Below, piece after piece: positions 9,293 through 19,013 of a stretch of DNA of 47,208 bases. This DNA comes from a virus (lineage: Duplodnaviria; Heunggongvirae; Uroviricota; Caudoviricetes). Numbering within the stretch: the first letter of the stretch is position 1; each line of letters begins with the position of its first letter. The notes under the pieces were generated by a model. That model did not search any database. It was not told the origin of the DNA and was given only the letters and a program-made list of their open reading frames with translations. The translations under genes and the position numbers were made by a program. Where the stretch lies: the IMG/VR virus record IMGVR_UViG_2721755498_000001. One strand, 5' to 3'.

Positions 9293-9836
9293 TCATCACT
9301 GGAAAGTGGAAAAACAGCCTGAGTGGTACGTGAAAGCTGTCAGAAAAACTATCGCAAAGTTGCCGGGTGGTTACGCTGAAGCAGCTGACTGGCTGGATGT
9401 AACAGAGAACGCATTATTTAACCGCCTTCGTGCCGATGGCGATCAGATTTTCCCGCTGGGATGGGCAATGATTTTGCAACGTGCTGGTGGAACTCACTTC
9501 ATTGCTGACGCTGTGGCGCAGTCTGCAAATGGCGTCTTTGTGTCTCTTCCTGACGTCGAGGATGTGGACAACGCCGATATTAACCAGCGCCTGCTGGAAG
9601 TCATTGAACAGATCGGCAGTTATTCAAAACAGATTCGTTCAGCAATTGAAGACGGTGTAGTGGAACCGCATGAGAAGACAGCAATTAACGACGAGCTGTA
9701 CCTCTCAATTTCGAAGCTGCAGGAGCATGCAGCACTGGTCTACAAAATTTTTTGCATTTCAGAAAGTAATGACGCCCGCGAGTGTGCAGCTCCGGGCGCC
9801 GTGGCGTGTCGTGACTGTGGAGAAACTAACGCATGA
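9285..9836 (+). CDS. Early regulatory protein of uncertain function (cII-position gene)
   Basis: 183 aa immediately after cro; function not assignable from sequence alone. Confidence 0.35.
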   Translation: MGNHHWKVEKQPEWYVKAVRKTIAKLPGGYAEAADWLDVTENALFNRLRADGDQIFPLGWAMILQRAGGTHFIADAVAQSANGVFVSLPDVEDVDNADINQRLLEVIEQIGSYSKQIRSAIEDGVVEPHEKTAINDELYLSISKLQEHAALVYKIFCISESNDARECAAPGAVACRDCGETNA

Positions 9837-10180
9837 ACAGTTTAACAACACACTACCGTCGCTCGCAACTGATTGCGCTTCCTGTACCGGGTGGAAAAGC
9901 GAAGGTGGAGTATTGCTATGCAGTAAATGTACTAGGTGACAGGGAAATTGTAACCCACAGCTTTGCAGAGTGGGCTGTGGGTGATTTCAACCGGCAGAAG
10001 GAGACAGTCCTTTGCGACAAGTTAACCGCTGGTTCAAAGATCACTACGGAGTGCCCGTCAGAGTCATTCGTTGGGAGCCGGAAACACAACGGGTTATCTA
10101 CCTCCGCGAAGGCTATGAGCATGAGTGCTTCAGCCCGCTCGAACAGTTTCGTCGTAAATTCAGGGAAGTAGAGGTCGGTC

Positions 10181-11137
10181 ATGAGCACTAAATTAACCGG
10201 CTATGTATGGGATGGTTGCGCTGCATCAGGCATGAAATTATCCAGCGTGGCAATTATGGCCCGCCTGGCTGATTTCAGTAATGACGAAGGTGTGTGCTGG
10301 CCATCAATTGAAACCATTGCCCGTCAGATTGGCGCGGGGATGAGTACCGTCAGAACGGCTATCGCACGGCTGGAAGCAGAAGGCTGGTTAACGCGTAAGG
10401 CGCGTCGCCAGGGTAACCGCAATGCGTCGAATGTTTATCAGCTTAACGTTGCGAAGCTTCAGGCAGCGGCATTTTCTCAACTGTCAGATTCTGACCCGTC
10501 AAAATCTGACGCATCAAAATCTGACGCATCAAAATCTGACCCGTCAAAATTTGATGCGTCGAAATCTGGCAAAAAAGCGGGTTTTCACCCGTCAGAATCT
10601 GGCGGGGATCCGTCAGTAAAATCAAAACATGATCCGTCAGATAAAAAACCTTCTCGTCCGGACGCTTCGCAACCGGACACGCAGACGGCTGAACAGGATT
10701 TTTTAACTCGCCATCCTGATGCGGTTGTATTCAGCCCTAAAAAGCGCCAGTGGGGGACGCAGGATGATTTGACCTGCGCACAGTGGCTCTGGAAAAAAAT
10801 CATCGCCCTGTACGAGCAGGCTGCCGAATGTGACGGCGAGGTGGTTCGTCCCAAAGAACCGAACTGGACAGCCTGGGCAAACGAAATTCGCCTGATGTGT
10901 GTGCAGGATGGTCGTACTCACAAACAAATCTGCGAGATGTACAGCCGCGTCAGCCGCGATCCGTTCTGGTGCCGTAACGTGCTCAGCCCGTCGAAGCTGC
11001 GGGAAAAATGGGATGAGCTTTCTCTGCGCTTATCGCCGTCCGTCAGCACGTACACAGAAAAACGCGAAGACCCGTACTTCAAAGCCAGTTACGACAACGT
11101 GGACTACAGCCAGATCCCGGCAGGATTCAGGGGGTGA
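10181..11137 (+). CDS. Replication initiator, lambda O-like, with internal origin iterons
   Basis: N-terminal HTH region; internal DNA iterons encode an SKSD-repeat peptide. Confidence 0.65.
   Translation: MSTKLTGYVWDGCAASGMKLSSVAIMARLADFSNDEGVCWPSIETIARQIGAGMSTVRTAIARLEAEGWLTRKARRQGNRNASNVYQLNVAKLQAAAFSQLSDSDPSKSDASKSDASKSDPSKFDASKSGKKAGFHPSESGGDPSVKSKHDPSDKKPSRPDASQPDTQTAEQDFLTRHPDAVVFSPKKRQWGTQDDLTCAQWLWKKIIALYEQAAECDGEVVRPKEPNWTAWANEIRLMCVQDGRTHKQICEMYSRVSRDPFWCRNVLSPSKLREKWDELSLRLSPSVSTYTEKREDPYFKASYDNVDYSQIPAGFRG
10486..10650. repeat. Origin-like iterons inside the O-like gene
   Basis: Five 15-bp units at 10486-10560 with the core TCAAAATCTGAC (e.g. ccgtcaaaatctgac, gcatcaaaatctgac), then degenerate CCGTCAG-containing copies to about 10650. 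Confidence 0.6.
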
Positions 11138-11628
11138 TCATGAGTCTTTTGAATGAAGTTCAGAAATTCATTGAAGCCCATCCGGGGTGTACTTCCGGAG
11201 ACATTGCGGATGCTTTTGCAGGTTACTCACGGCAGCGCGTTCTGCAGTCAGCAAGCAAGTTACGTCAGAGTGGGCGTGTGGCTCACCGTTGTGAAGGAGA
11301 TACACGCAGACATTTCCCACGCCTGACTGAGAGAGCGCAGGAGCCGGAACCACAACCAGTTCGTGAAACCAGACCTGTGCGCAATTTCTATGTCGGCACT
11401 AACGATCCCCGGGTGATTTTGTGCCTGACCCGCCAGGCGGAAGAACTGGAGTCCAGGGGCTTATACCGTCGTGCTGCAACGGTGTGGATGGCGGCATTCC
11501 GTGAAAGCCACTCCCAGCCAGAACGAAACAATTTTCTGGCGCGTCGTGAGCGGTGCTTACGGAAAAGCAGCAAGCGCGCTGCATCGGGTGAAGAGTGGTA
11601 TCTGTCAGGGAATTACGTGGGGGCTTAA
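11134..11628 (+). CDS. Hypothetical regulatory protein, possibly PerC-like
   Basis: 164 aa; LYRRAATVWMAAFRES segment recalled as PerC-like; stop overlaps the next start (TAATG). Confidence 0.35.
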   Translation: MIMSLLNEVQKFIEAHPGCTSGDIADAFAGYSRQRVLQSASKLRQSGRVAHRCEGDTRRHFPRLTERAQEPEPQPVRETRPVRNFYVGTNDPRVILCLTRQAEELESRGLYRRAATVWMAAFRESHSQPERNNFLARRERCLRKSSKRAASGEEWYLSGNYVGA

Positions 11629-12053
11629 TGAGTAATAAATATTGCCAGGCGCTGGTGGAGCTGCGGAACAAACCAGCCCATGAACTGAAGGAAGTGGGCG
11701 ATCAGTGGCGCACGCCGGATAACATTTTCTGGGGAATTAACACCCTGTTTGGCCCGTTTGTTCTGGATCTGTTCACTGATGGTGATAACGCCAAATGTGC
11801 CGCTTATTACACTGCGGAAGACAACGCGCTGGCGCATGACTGGTCTGAACGTCTTCCCGCCAACCAATCAGGAGGTGGCAACCATGCTGGGATACCGTTC
11901 GGTGAATGCAGCGGTGGAGCATCTTCGCGCACTGGAGAAAAAAGGCGTCATCACGATAAAGCGTGGCGTGGCCCGGGGGATAACGCTTCATACCGCGGTG
12001 AAGGACGACGACAGCGAGGCGGTCGGGATTATCCGCGCACTGCTTGCCGGTGA
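11628..12053 (+). pseudogene. Truncated phage-type Dam N6-adenine methyltransferase (N-terminal about 80 aa only, yfdM-like)
   Basis: [49 protein letters not shown]...AHDWSERL matches the phage Dam N-terminus; no DPPY/NPPY catalytic motif follows; the rest of the frame is low-complexity. Confidence 0.5.
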
Positions 12054-12111
12054 GGAAAACGCAAGGCTGCGTGCAACCCACTGGTTACATGAGAGGGACC
12101 TGAAAGTATGA
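11884..12111 (+). CDS. Small protein with LexA-like winged-helix DNA-binding domain (no peptidase domain)
   Basis: Strong RBS AGGAGGTG before the ATG; [35 protein letters not shown] aligns with LexA [34 protein letters not shown]. Confidence 0.5.
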   Translation: MLGYRSVNAAVEHLRALEKKGVITIKRGVARGITLHTAVKDDDSEAVGIIRALLAGEENARLRATHWLHERDLKV

Positions 12112-12497
12112 AGCTGATCCTGCCTTTTCCGCCCAGCGTGAACACGTACTGGCGACACCCCAACAAAGGGGCGTTTGCTGGTAAGAGCCTGATAAGCGCG
12201 GCGGGGCGAAAATTCCAGAGCGCGGCGTGCGCAGCAATAGTTGAGCAGTTACGTCGTCTGCCGAAACCAACGTCGGCACCTGCTTCAGTGGAGATCGTGT
12301 TGTTTCCTCCGGATAACCGGATCCGCGATCTGGACAACTATAACAAGGCGCTGTTTGACGCCCTGACCCACGCGGGTGTGTGGGAAGACGACAGTCAGGT
12401 GAAAAGAATGCTGGTGGAGTGGGGACCGGTTATCCCGAAAGGGAAGGTCGAGATCACTATCAGTAAGTATGAGAAACCGGCGGGTGCAGCCGCCTGA
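12108..12497 (+). CDS. rusA: RusA-family Holliday junction resolvase
   Basis: 129 aa; [25 protein letters not shown] matches the RusA catalytic region (DLDN...DD.Q). Confidence 0.85.
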   Translation: MKLILPFPPSVNTYWRHPNKGAFAGKSLISAAGRKFQSAACAAIVEQLRRLPKPTSAPASVEIVLFPPDNRIRDLDNYNKALFDALTHAGVWEDDSQVKRMLVEWGPVIPKGKVEITISKYEKPAGAAA

Positions 12498-12516
12498 TTA
12501 AGAGGAGAAACGAAGT

Positions 12517-13314
12517 ATGAATAATCTGATGGTCATTGATGGTATTGAAGTTCGTCGTGATGCTTATGGGCGTTACAGCCTGAACGATCTGCACAGGGCT
12601 GCCGGTTCTCTGGATAAGCATAAGCCTGCATTCTGGCTCCGCAATGAGCAAACTGAACGTTTAATAAGCGAGTTGCAGATTTGCAACTCGGTCAATATAG
12701 AGCCAGTTAACGTTATTCGTGGCGGAAATAACCAGGGGACGTATGTCTGCAAAGAACTGGTGTATGCCTATGCAATGTGGATCAGCCCGGCATTCCATCT
12801 GAAGGTGATCCGTACTTTCGATATGGTAACCAGCGCACCGGAAAAATTATCCGGGCAGGCTGCTGACAAGATGCAGGCTGGTGTGATTCTGCTGGACTTT
12901 ATGCGCAGGGAGTTAAACCTGTCTAACTCTTCAGTGCTTGGTGCCTGTCAGAAACTCCAGGAGGCTGTTGGCTTACCGAATCTGGCACCGCGCTATGCCA
13001 TTGATGCTCCTGCTGACGCGCCTGATGGCTCAAGTCGCCCTACGCTGTCGCTGAGTGCACTGCTGAAACAGTATGGTATCCGCCTGACGGCTAATCAGGC
13101 ATATCACCAGATGGCTAAGCTGGGGATCGTTGAACAACGCGAACGATACAGCCGTACCGCGATTAACAACATCAAAAAATTCTGGTCGCTGACAGCGAAA
13201 GGCTGCATGTTCGGCAAGAACATCACCAGTCCCGCAAATCCGCGCGAGACGCAGCCGCATTTCTTCGAATCCCGATTCCCTGAGCTGTTAAAGCTGCTCG
13301 ATACCGTTCATTGA
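12517..13314 (+). CDS. KilA-N domain protein (antirepressor-like)
   Basis: N-terminal pattern DGIEVRRDAYGRYSLNDLHRAAG...KPAFWLRNEQT typical of KilA-N. Confidence 0.55.
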   Translation: MNNLMVIDGIEVRRDAYGRYSLNDLHRAAGSLDKHKPAFWLRNEQTERLISELQICNSVNIEPVNVIRGGNNQGTYVCKELVYAYAMWISPAFHLKVIRTFDMVTSAPEKLSGQAADKMQAGVILLDFMRRELNLSNSSVLGACQKLQEAVGLPNLAPRYAIDAPADAPDGSSRPTLSLSALLKQYGIRLTANQAYHQMAKLGIVEQRERYSRTAINNIKKFWSLTAKGCMFGKNITSPANPRETQPHFFESRFPELLKLLDTVH

Positions 13315-13315
13315 G

Positions 13316-14311
13316 GTGACCGTGAGAGCACTACTGACCCCTGAAATTGCCCCGCGTATGGGGATCGTATTGTTCAGGCCCGGTTCAGAGCTGATGCCCC
13401 TGTTTATGCAGGGGCGTGTCCTGCTGGAGCCTGAGCCGGAGCATTATTCATCTTTCGCCAGTGGTGCCGTTCCCGCGGCGTCACAACCGCTGGCGGATGA
13501 TCCTGCTGTTCGGGCCGTGTTCCGCAATGAGGCAGTGATCCGTCGTGCTGGTGGCGTGGAATGTCTTGAAAGCTGGTTACTTCGTGAAAAAGGCTGCCAG
13601 TGGCCTCATTCCGACTGGCACAGCGAGAACATGACCACAATGCGACACGCTCCGGGTGCAATCCGTCTGTGCTGGCACTGCGATAACCAGCTGCGCGATC
13701 AGTTCACGGAACGGCTGGAATCAATGGCAACGGATAACTGTGCCCGCTGGGTGTTGTCTGTTGTGCGTCGGGATCTCGGTTTTGATGACAGTCACGTTGT
13801 GACAATGCCGGAACTGTGCTGGTGGCTGATTCGTAATGACCTGGCGGATGCCTTACCGGAAAGTGCAGCCCGTAAGGCACTGAGATTACCGAAGCCTGTT
13901 GTGCCGTCTGTCACCCGGGAAAGTGACCTTGTGCCTTCGGTTCCTGCTACCAGCATCATCCAGGATAAGGCGAAAAAGGTGCTGGCGCTGAAAGTGGATC
14001 CGGAGTCGCCGGAGTCTTTTATGTTACGCCCAAAACGTCGCCGCTGGGTTAATGAAAAGTACACGCGCTGGGTTAAGACACAGCCGTGTGCATGTTGTGG
14101 AAAGCCCGCTGATGATCCCCACCACCTGATAGGTTACGGTCAGGGTGGAATGGGAACAAAAGCGCATGACCTTTTTGTGTTGCCTTTGTGCAGAAAGCAT
14201 CACGACGAGCTGCATGCGGATACCGTGGCATTTGAAGAAAAGTATGGCTCCCAGTTGGAGCTGATATTTCGTTTTATCGATCGCGCGCTGGCAATTGGCG
14301 TATTGGCGTAA
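13316..14311 (+). CDS. Phage protein with C-terminal Cys/His zinc-binding motif (DUF968-like)
   Basis: 331 aa; C-terminal CACCGKP...HH...CRKHHDELH; position in the nin-like region. Confidence 0.45.
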   Translation: MTVRALLTPEIAPRMGIVLFRPGSELMPLFMQGRVLLEPEPEHYSSFASGAVPAASQPLADDPAVRAVFRNEAVIRRAGGVECLESWLLREKGCQWPHSDWHSENMTTMRHAPGAIRLCWHCDNQLRDQFTERLESMATDNCARWVLSVVRRDLGFDDSHVVTMPELCWWLIRNDLADALPESAARKALRLPKPVVPSVTRESDLVPSVPATSIIQDKAKKVLALKVDPESPESFMLRPKRRRWVNEKYTRWVKTQPCACCGKPADDPHHLIGYGQGGMGTKAHDLFVLPLCRKHHDELHADTVAFEEKYGSQLELIFRFIDRALAIGVLA

Positions 14312-14324
14312 GTGGAGAACGAGC

Positions 14325-15077
14325 ATGAACCTTGAAGCCTTACCAAAATATTACTCCCCAAAATCTCCAAAATTGAGCGATGACGCACCGGCGACAGGCT
14401 CAGGTGGTTTAACGATTACGGATGTGATGGCTGCGCAGGGGATGGTGCAGTCGAAAGCACCGCTTGGGTTTGCCTTATTCCTGGCAAAAGTTGGTGTTCA
14501 GGATCCTCAGTTTGCGATTGAAGGTCTGCTCAATTACGCGATGGCACTGGATAACCCGACATTGAACAAATTGAGTGAAGAAACCCGGTTACAGATCATC
14601 CCTTACCTTGTGAATTTTGCCTTTGCTGATTATTCCAGGTCTGCGGCAAGTAAGGCTCGCTGTGAGCATTGTGCTGGTACTGGATTTCATAACGTATTGC
14701 GCGAAGTGGTGAAACACTCCAGAAGCGGGGAATCTGTTATCAAGGAAGAGTGGGTGAAGGAACTATGTCAGCATTGCCATGGTAAGGGAGAAGTCAGCAC
14801 AGCGTGCAGAGGGTGTAAGGGAAAAGGTATTGTCCTGGATGAAAAAAGGACCCGACTTCATGGCACGCCTGTTTATAAGATTTGTGGGCGTTGCAATGGA
14901 AACCGGTTTAGCCGTTTACCAACCACACTGGCGCGGCATCATGTCCAGAAGCTGGTACCAGACCTGACGGATTATCAGTGGTACAAAGGATATGCAGATG
15001 TCATTGATAAACTGGTTACAAAGTGCTGGCAGGAAGAAGCATATGCAGAGATACAATTGAGAAAGGTAACAAGATAA
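14325..15077 (+). CDS. Q: Late-gene antiterminator Q-like protein
   Basis: Cys-rich zinc motif (CEHCAGTG...CQHCHGKG...CRGCKGKG...CGRCNG); RBS GGAG before the ATG at 14325; followed by a strong terminator. Confidence 0.65.
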   Translation: MNLEALPKYYSPKSPKLSDDAPATGSGGLTITDVMAAQGMVQSKAPLGFALFLAKVGVQDPQFAIEGLLNYAMALDNPTLNKLSEETRLQIIPYLVNFAFADYSRSAASKARCEHCAGTGFHNVLREVVKHSRSGESVIKEEWVKELCQHCHGKGEVSTACRGCKGKGIVLDEKRTRLHGTPVYKICGRCNGNRFSRLPTTLARHHVQKLVPDLTDYQWYKGYADVIDKLVTKCWQEEAYAEIQLRKVTR

Positions 15078-15183
15078 ATGGTTTTCGCCGAAGATGACGA
15101 CATGATGCTTGCATTTTTCAAAAAATATGGATAAGATTTTCCCAACGATGGGCTTTGTATGTCTACCGTTGATAAGATTTAAG

Positions 15184-15210
15184 AACCCGCCGCTGAGCGG
15201 GTTTTTTTGT
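15184..15210 (+). terminator. Rho-independent terminator (tR'-like) downstream of Q
   Basis: aacccgccgctgagcgggtttttttgt: GC stem plus T7 run. Confidence 0.65.
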
Positions 15211-15357
15211 GCCTGATGTCTCATGAAACTATGAAATGGATTGGTGCGTTAAACATTTTTTCTTATTATTTTTTAGATTTTGGAGAGATGGTTAACGTCT
15301 GTATTCCAGAAACTCGATGAATATTTAATAAATTAGTTTCAATGATGCTTCTAGGTT

Positions 15358-15783
15358 ATGAGTGTAATGAAAAAGGTATTAATAGCAGCGATAGGTTTTT
15401 GTTTGATTGGTTGTGCAGGTATGAAATTACCTGAGTATTCGCAAGTTAAAGCAAGTCCGTATTATACAGATTGCCGTGCGTTTGCCATGGATGTTTATAA
15501 AAATGATGGATACAGCAAAATTGCGAAAACTACTATCCTTAGCATGGATGATGTGAAGGCTAGATATATTGTGACAGGGTGTGTAGTTGCTATGGGAAAA
15601 AACACTGTAGAGGAAGTCAAAGCTGATCTCTCTGCTAAAGGGAGTTCTTTTGGGCTTATCAGTGGAGCTTGCTCTAGTGCGGCATGTCGGGTTGATGTAG
15701 AGCAGCAAATGAACGCTTATGTACTTGGTAGTTATTATGCTGCAAATAAAAAATTCCCGGATAACATGAAAGCAGAGTTTTAA
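15358..15783 (+). CDS. Lipoprotein of unknown function (moron)
   Basis: Signal peptide with lipobox LIGC (MKKVLIAAIGFCLIGCAG); AT-rich; bracketed by near-identical terminators. Confidence 0.7.
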   Translation: MSVMKKVLIAAIGFCLIGCAGMKLPEYSQVKASPYYTDCRAFAMDVYKNDGYSKIAKTTILSMDDVKARYIVTGCVVAMGKNTVEEVKADLSAKGSSFGLISGACSSAACRVDVEQQMNAYVLGSYYAANKKFPDNMKAEF

Positions 15784-15860
15784 GAAAACCTTGTTTTCGA
15801 TTATATGCCGAAGATAAATGTTAGTAACGGCATAATAAGTAAATATATAGCTGTGATAGC

Positions 15861-15887
15861 AACCCGCCACTGAGCGGGTTTTTTGTA
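15861..15887 (+). terminator. Rho-independent terminator, near-duplicate of the one at 15184
   Basis: aacccgccactgagcgggttttttgta; one substitution in the stem and one shorter T-run relative to 15184-15210. Confidence 0.65.
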
Positions 15888-15982
15888 CCTGTAAACCTGG
15901 TGCAGTACAGTAAACACGCTGGTGGTCGTGAATACTGACTTTTTATCTTGCTGGCTTTTTAGACAAGAGTTATTGGTATGTC

Positions 15983-16210
15983 ATGTTAACCAGAAGGGAA
16001 AAAGACATGCTAAAACAGCAAGATATGACAGAAACCGCCGCCGCAGTCCTTCATTTCTTACCTGCTGACAAGTGGGTAACGCCACGCATGATGACGAGAA
16101 CTACCGGAGTAAGCGAAGCCCGGTGCCAGTTAATACTGACTCAGTTAGTTCTGGCGGGTCTGGCGAAGGATAACGGCGGGTACGGGAATAAATTCAGACG
16201 CTGCCAGTAA
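15983..16210 (+). CDS. Small hypothetical protein
   Basis: 75-aa ORF; no motif recognised. Confidence 0.3.
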   Translation: MLTRREKDMLKQQDMTETAAAVLHFLPADKWVTPRMMTRTTGVSEARCQLILTQLVLAGLAKDNGGYGNKFRRCQ

Positions 16211-16360
16211 TGGCGGTTTCCTGCTGTGAAAATGGGCGGCTGGTGGGTGTTGGTAGCACCTGCCAGCCATTCGCTCATGCTTACTGGTCACAAGCGAACC
16301 ACGGCCCACTGCTTTAGCGCAAAAGCAGAGTGAGCCTACCAGAGTTACGCTTACTGATCC

Positions 16361-17413
16361 ATGAAAAATACTGTAAAAATAAACAGTGTTGATTTAATCA
16401 ACGCTGATTGCCTGCATTTTATTCAGTCCCTGCCTGATGATTCCATTGACCTGATTGTTACCGATCCGCCGTACTTCAAGGTGAAACCCAACGGCTGGGA
16501 CAATCAGTGGAAAGGGGACGAAGATTACCTTAAGTGGCTGGACCACTGTCTGGCCCAGTTCTGGCGGGTGTTAAAACCTGCCGGAAGCCTTTACCTGTTC
16601 TGTGGGCATCGCCTGGCATCTGATATTGAGATCATGATGCGTGAACGTTTCAACGTGCTTAACCATATCATCTGGGCGAAGCCGTCCGGACGTTGGAATG
16701 GGTGTAATAAAGAAAGTCTGCGCGCATATTTTCCTGCCACAGAGCGCGTTCTGTTTGCTGAACATTACCAGGGGCCATATCGCGGCAAAAGTGACGGCTA
16801 TGCGGCAAAAGAAAGGGAACTCAAACAGCACATAATGGCACCGCTGATATCGTATTTCAGGGATGCTCGTGCCGAACTGGGTATAACGGCAAAACAAATT
16901 GCCGAAGCCACAGGTAAGAAAAATATGGTTTCCCACTGGTTTGGTGCCAGTCAGTGGCAGTTGCCGAATGAGGCTGACTATCGGAAGTTACAGGCACTGT
17001 TTTCCCGTATAGCGGCAGAGAAGTTTCAGGAACAACAACTGGAACAACCACACCACCAGCTGGTGGCATCTTATGATTCACTGAATCGCAAATATTCTGA
17101 ATTGCTGGATGAGTTTAAATCTCTCCGGCGCTATTTCTCCGTATCAGTCTCCGTGCCTTATACCGATGTCTGGATGCATAAACCCGTTCAGTTCTACCCG
17201 GGTAAACATCCGTGTGAGAAACCGGCGGATATGCTCAGGCAAATAATCAATGCCAGTAGTCGACCTGGTGATCTGGTTGCTGATTTTTTTATGGGATCCG
17301 GTTCCACAATAAAAGCAGCAATGGCGCTGGGGCGTCGGGCCTTAGGTGTTGAGCTTGAGTCAGAGCGGTTTAACCAGACAGTGAAAGAGATAAACGAGCT
17401 GGTGGGGAAATAA
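16361..17413 (+). CDS. Orphan beta-class DNA methyltransferase (N6-adenine or N4-cytosine)
   Basis: Motif [11 protein letters not shown] near the N-terminus and motif I FFMGSGST near the C-terminus (beta-class order); no adjacent nuclease gene. Confidence 0.8.
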
Positions 17414-17480
17414 TCTGGTGGCCACGTCAGGTGGCCTTTTTATTTCCATTACACAGCACCCGCATCTGCGAGGTGGGGTT

Positions 17481-17696
17481 ATGAAATCCATGGATAAGTT
17501 AACAACGGGTGTCGCCTATGGCACCTCAGCAGGTAGTGCCGGGTACTGGTTTTTACAGTTGCTCGATAAAGTCACGCCCTCACAGTGGGCGGCAATAGGT
17601 GTGCTGGGTAGTCTGGTATTTGGCCTGCTGACGTACCTGACAAACCTTTATTTCAAGATTAAAGAAGATAAGCGCAAGGCTGCGAGAGGTGGATAA
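17481..17696 (+). CDS. S: Pinholin, phage 21 S21-like
   Basis: Dual-start MKSMDK motif; [13 protein letters not shown]...[13 protein letters not shown] transmembrane segments; 71 aa. Confidence 0.8.
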
Positions 17697-18193
17697 TGCC
17701 TCCATCATTACGAAAAGCTGTTGCTGCTGCTATTGGTGGCGGAGCAATTGCTATAGCATCAGTGTTAATCACTGGCCCAAGTGGTGACGATGGCCTGGAA
17801 GGTGTCAGCTACATACCATACAAAGATATCGTTGGCGTATGGACTGTATGTCACGGACACACCGGAAAAGACATCATGCTCGGTAAAACGTATACCGAAG
17901 CAGAATGCAAAGCCCTCCTGAATAAAGACCTTGCCACGGTTGCCAGACAAATTAACCCGTACATCAAAGTCGATATACCGGAAACAACGCGCGGCGCTCT
18001 TTACTCGTTCGTCTACAACGTGGGTGCTGGCAATTTCAGAACATCGACGCTTCTTCGCAAAATAAACCAGGGCGATATCAAAGGCGCATGTGACCAGCTA
18101 CGTCGCTGGATATACGCTGGCGGTAAGCAATGGAAAGGCCTGATGACTCGTCGTGAGATTGAGCGTGAAGTCTGTTTGTGGGGGCAGCAATGA
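17696..18193 (+). CDS. R: SAR endolysin (lysozyme with N-terminal signal-anchor-release domain), R21-like
   Basis: Gly/Ala-rich N-terminal SAR segment ([18 protein letters not shown]) followed by a lysozyme-like region; directly after the holin. Confidence 0.8.
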   Translation: MPPSLRKAVAAAIGGGAIAIASVLITGPSGDDGLEGVSYIPYKDIVGVWTVCHGHTGKDIMLGKTYTEAECKALLNKDLATVARQINPYIKVDIPETTRGALYSFVYNVGAGNFRTSTLLRKINQGDIKGACDQLRRWIYAGGKQWKGLMTRREIEREVCLWGQQ

Positions 18194-18633
18194 GCAGAGT
18201 AACCGCGATTATCTCCGCTCTGATTATCTGCATCATCGTCTGCCTGTTATGGGCTGTTAATCATTACCGTGATAACGCCATCGCCTACAAAGAGCAGCGC
18301 GACAAAGCCGCATCCACTATCGCTGATATGCAGAAGCGTCAACGTGATGTAGCAGAACTCGACGCCAGATACACAAAGGAGCTTGCTGATGCTAACGCGA
18401 CTATCGAAAGTCTTCGTGCTGATGTTTCTGCTGGGCGTAAGTGGCTGCGCGTCAAAGCTGTCTGTCCAGACATGCATAAAATCACCGCCGCCTCCGGCGT
18501 GGATGATGGCACCAGCCCCAGACTTACTGACACCGCTCAACGGGATTATTTCACCCTTAGAAAGCGGATTGAAACCAGTGATAAAATGATCCGAGGCTTG
18601 CAGCAATACATTCGCACGCAGTGTGTAAGATGA
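18190..18633 (+). CDS. Rz: Rz-like inner-membrane spanin
   Basis: N-terminal transmembrane segment, coiled-coil-like remainder; overlaps the endolysin end. Confidence 0.7.
   Translation: MSRVTAIISALIICIIVCLLWAVNHYRDNAIAYKEQRDKAASTIADMQKRQRDVAELDARYTKELADANATIESLRADVSAGRKWLRVKAVCPDMHKITAASGVDDGTSPRLTDTAQRDYFTLRKRIETSDKMIRGLQQYIRTQCVR
18383..18589 (+). CDS. Rz1: Rz1-like outer-membrane lipoprotein spanin, embedded in Rz in the +1 frame
   Basis: Signal peptide with lipobox VSGC ([12 protein letters not shown]) and a proline-rich segment; fully nested in Rz. Confidence 0.6.
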   Translation: MLMLTRLSKVFVLMFLLGVSGCASKLSVQTCIKSPPPPAWMMAPAPDLLTPLNGIISPLESGLKPVIK

Positions 18634-19013
18634 GCAATCTTTGCTAATTAGCCATGAAATAGATAAATATCAGGCCAACGATGATTAGTGCCAGGCATCC
18701 TAATTGGTCAGAATGGCTGGCATTTGATCGTCTTGCTCTTCTTGCAGTTGATTGGACAGCCCTCTGTCCTCGACTTCCTCTTGGCATTCCTCTCATTTAT
18801 TCTCTCTCAACATTGATATTGAACTGACAGATGATAATTATTTCATGAAAGTGGTATCTCGTTGATTTGATTACGCTACATAGTCGCCGGATTTTCGCAT
18901 TTATCGGCATCGGGCGGTGCAAAATTGGCATAATCGAAACGTAGAGTTTTTGGCTGACAACAGCATTAGCGGTCACCCGGAGAGTGTTGTGAACATGTTA
19001 ATTACATGACGCT

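Noticed and set aside
10422-10625. Short ORFs and 12-bp-period repeats inside the O-like gene, considered as a possible CRISPR-like array
   Set aside because: The repeats are contiguous with no spacers and lie inside a coding gene; they are replication-origin iterons.
11749-12111. Longer 120-aa version of the LexA-like ORF starting at 11749
   Set aside because: Its first 45 codons overlap the clearly conserved Dam-like frame and have no LexA similarity; the ATG at 11884 with AGGAGGTG is the better start.
15880-16000. Possible phage-borne tRNA genes between Q and the lysis cassette
   Set aside because: No cloverleaf-compatible sequence with a GTTC-type T-loop was seen; the GC-rich hairpins there are terminators.
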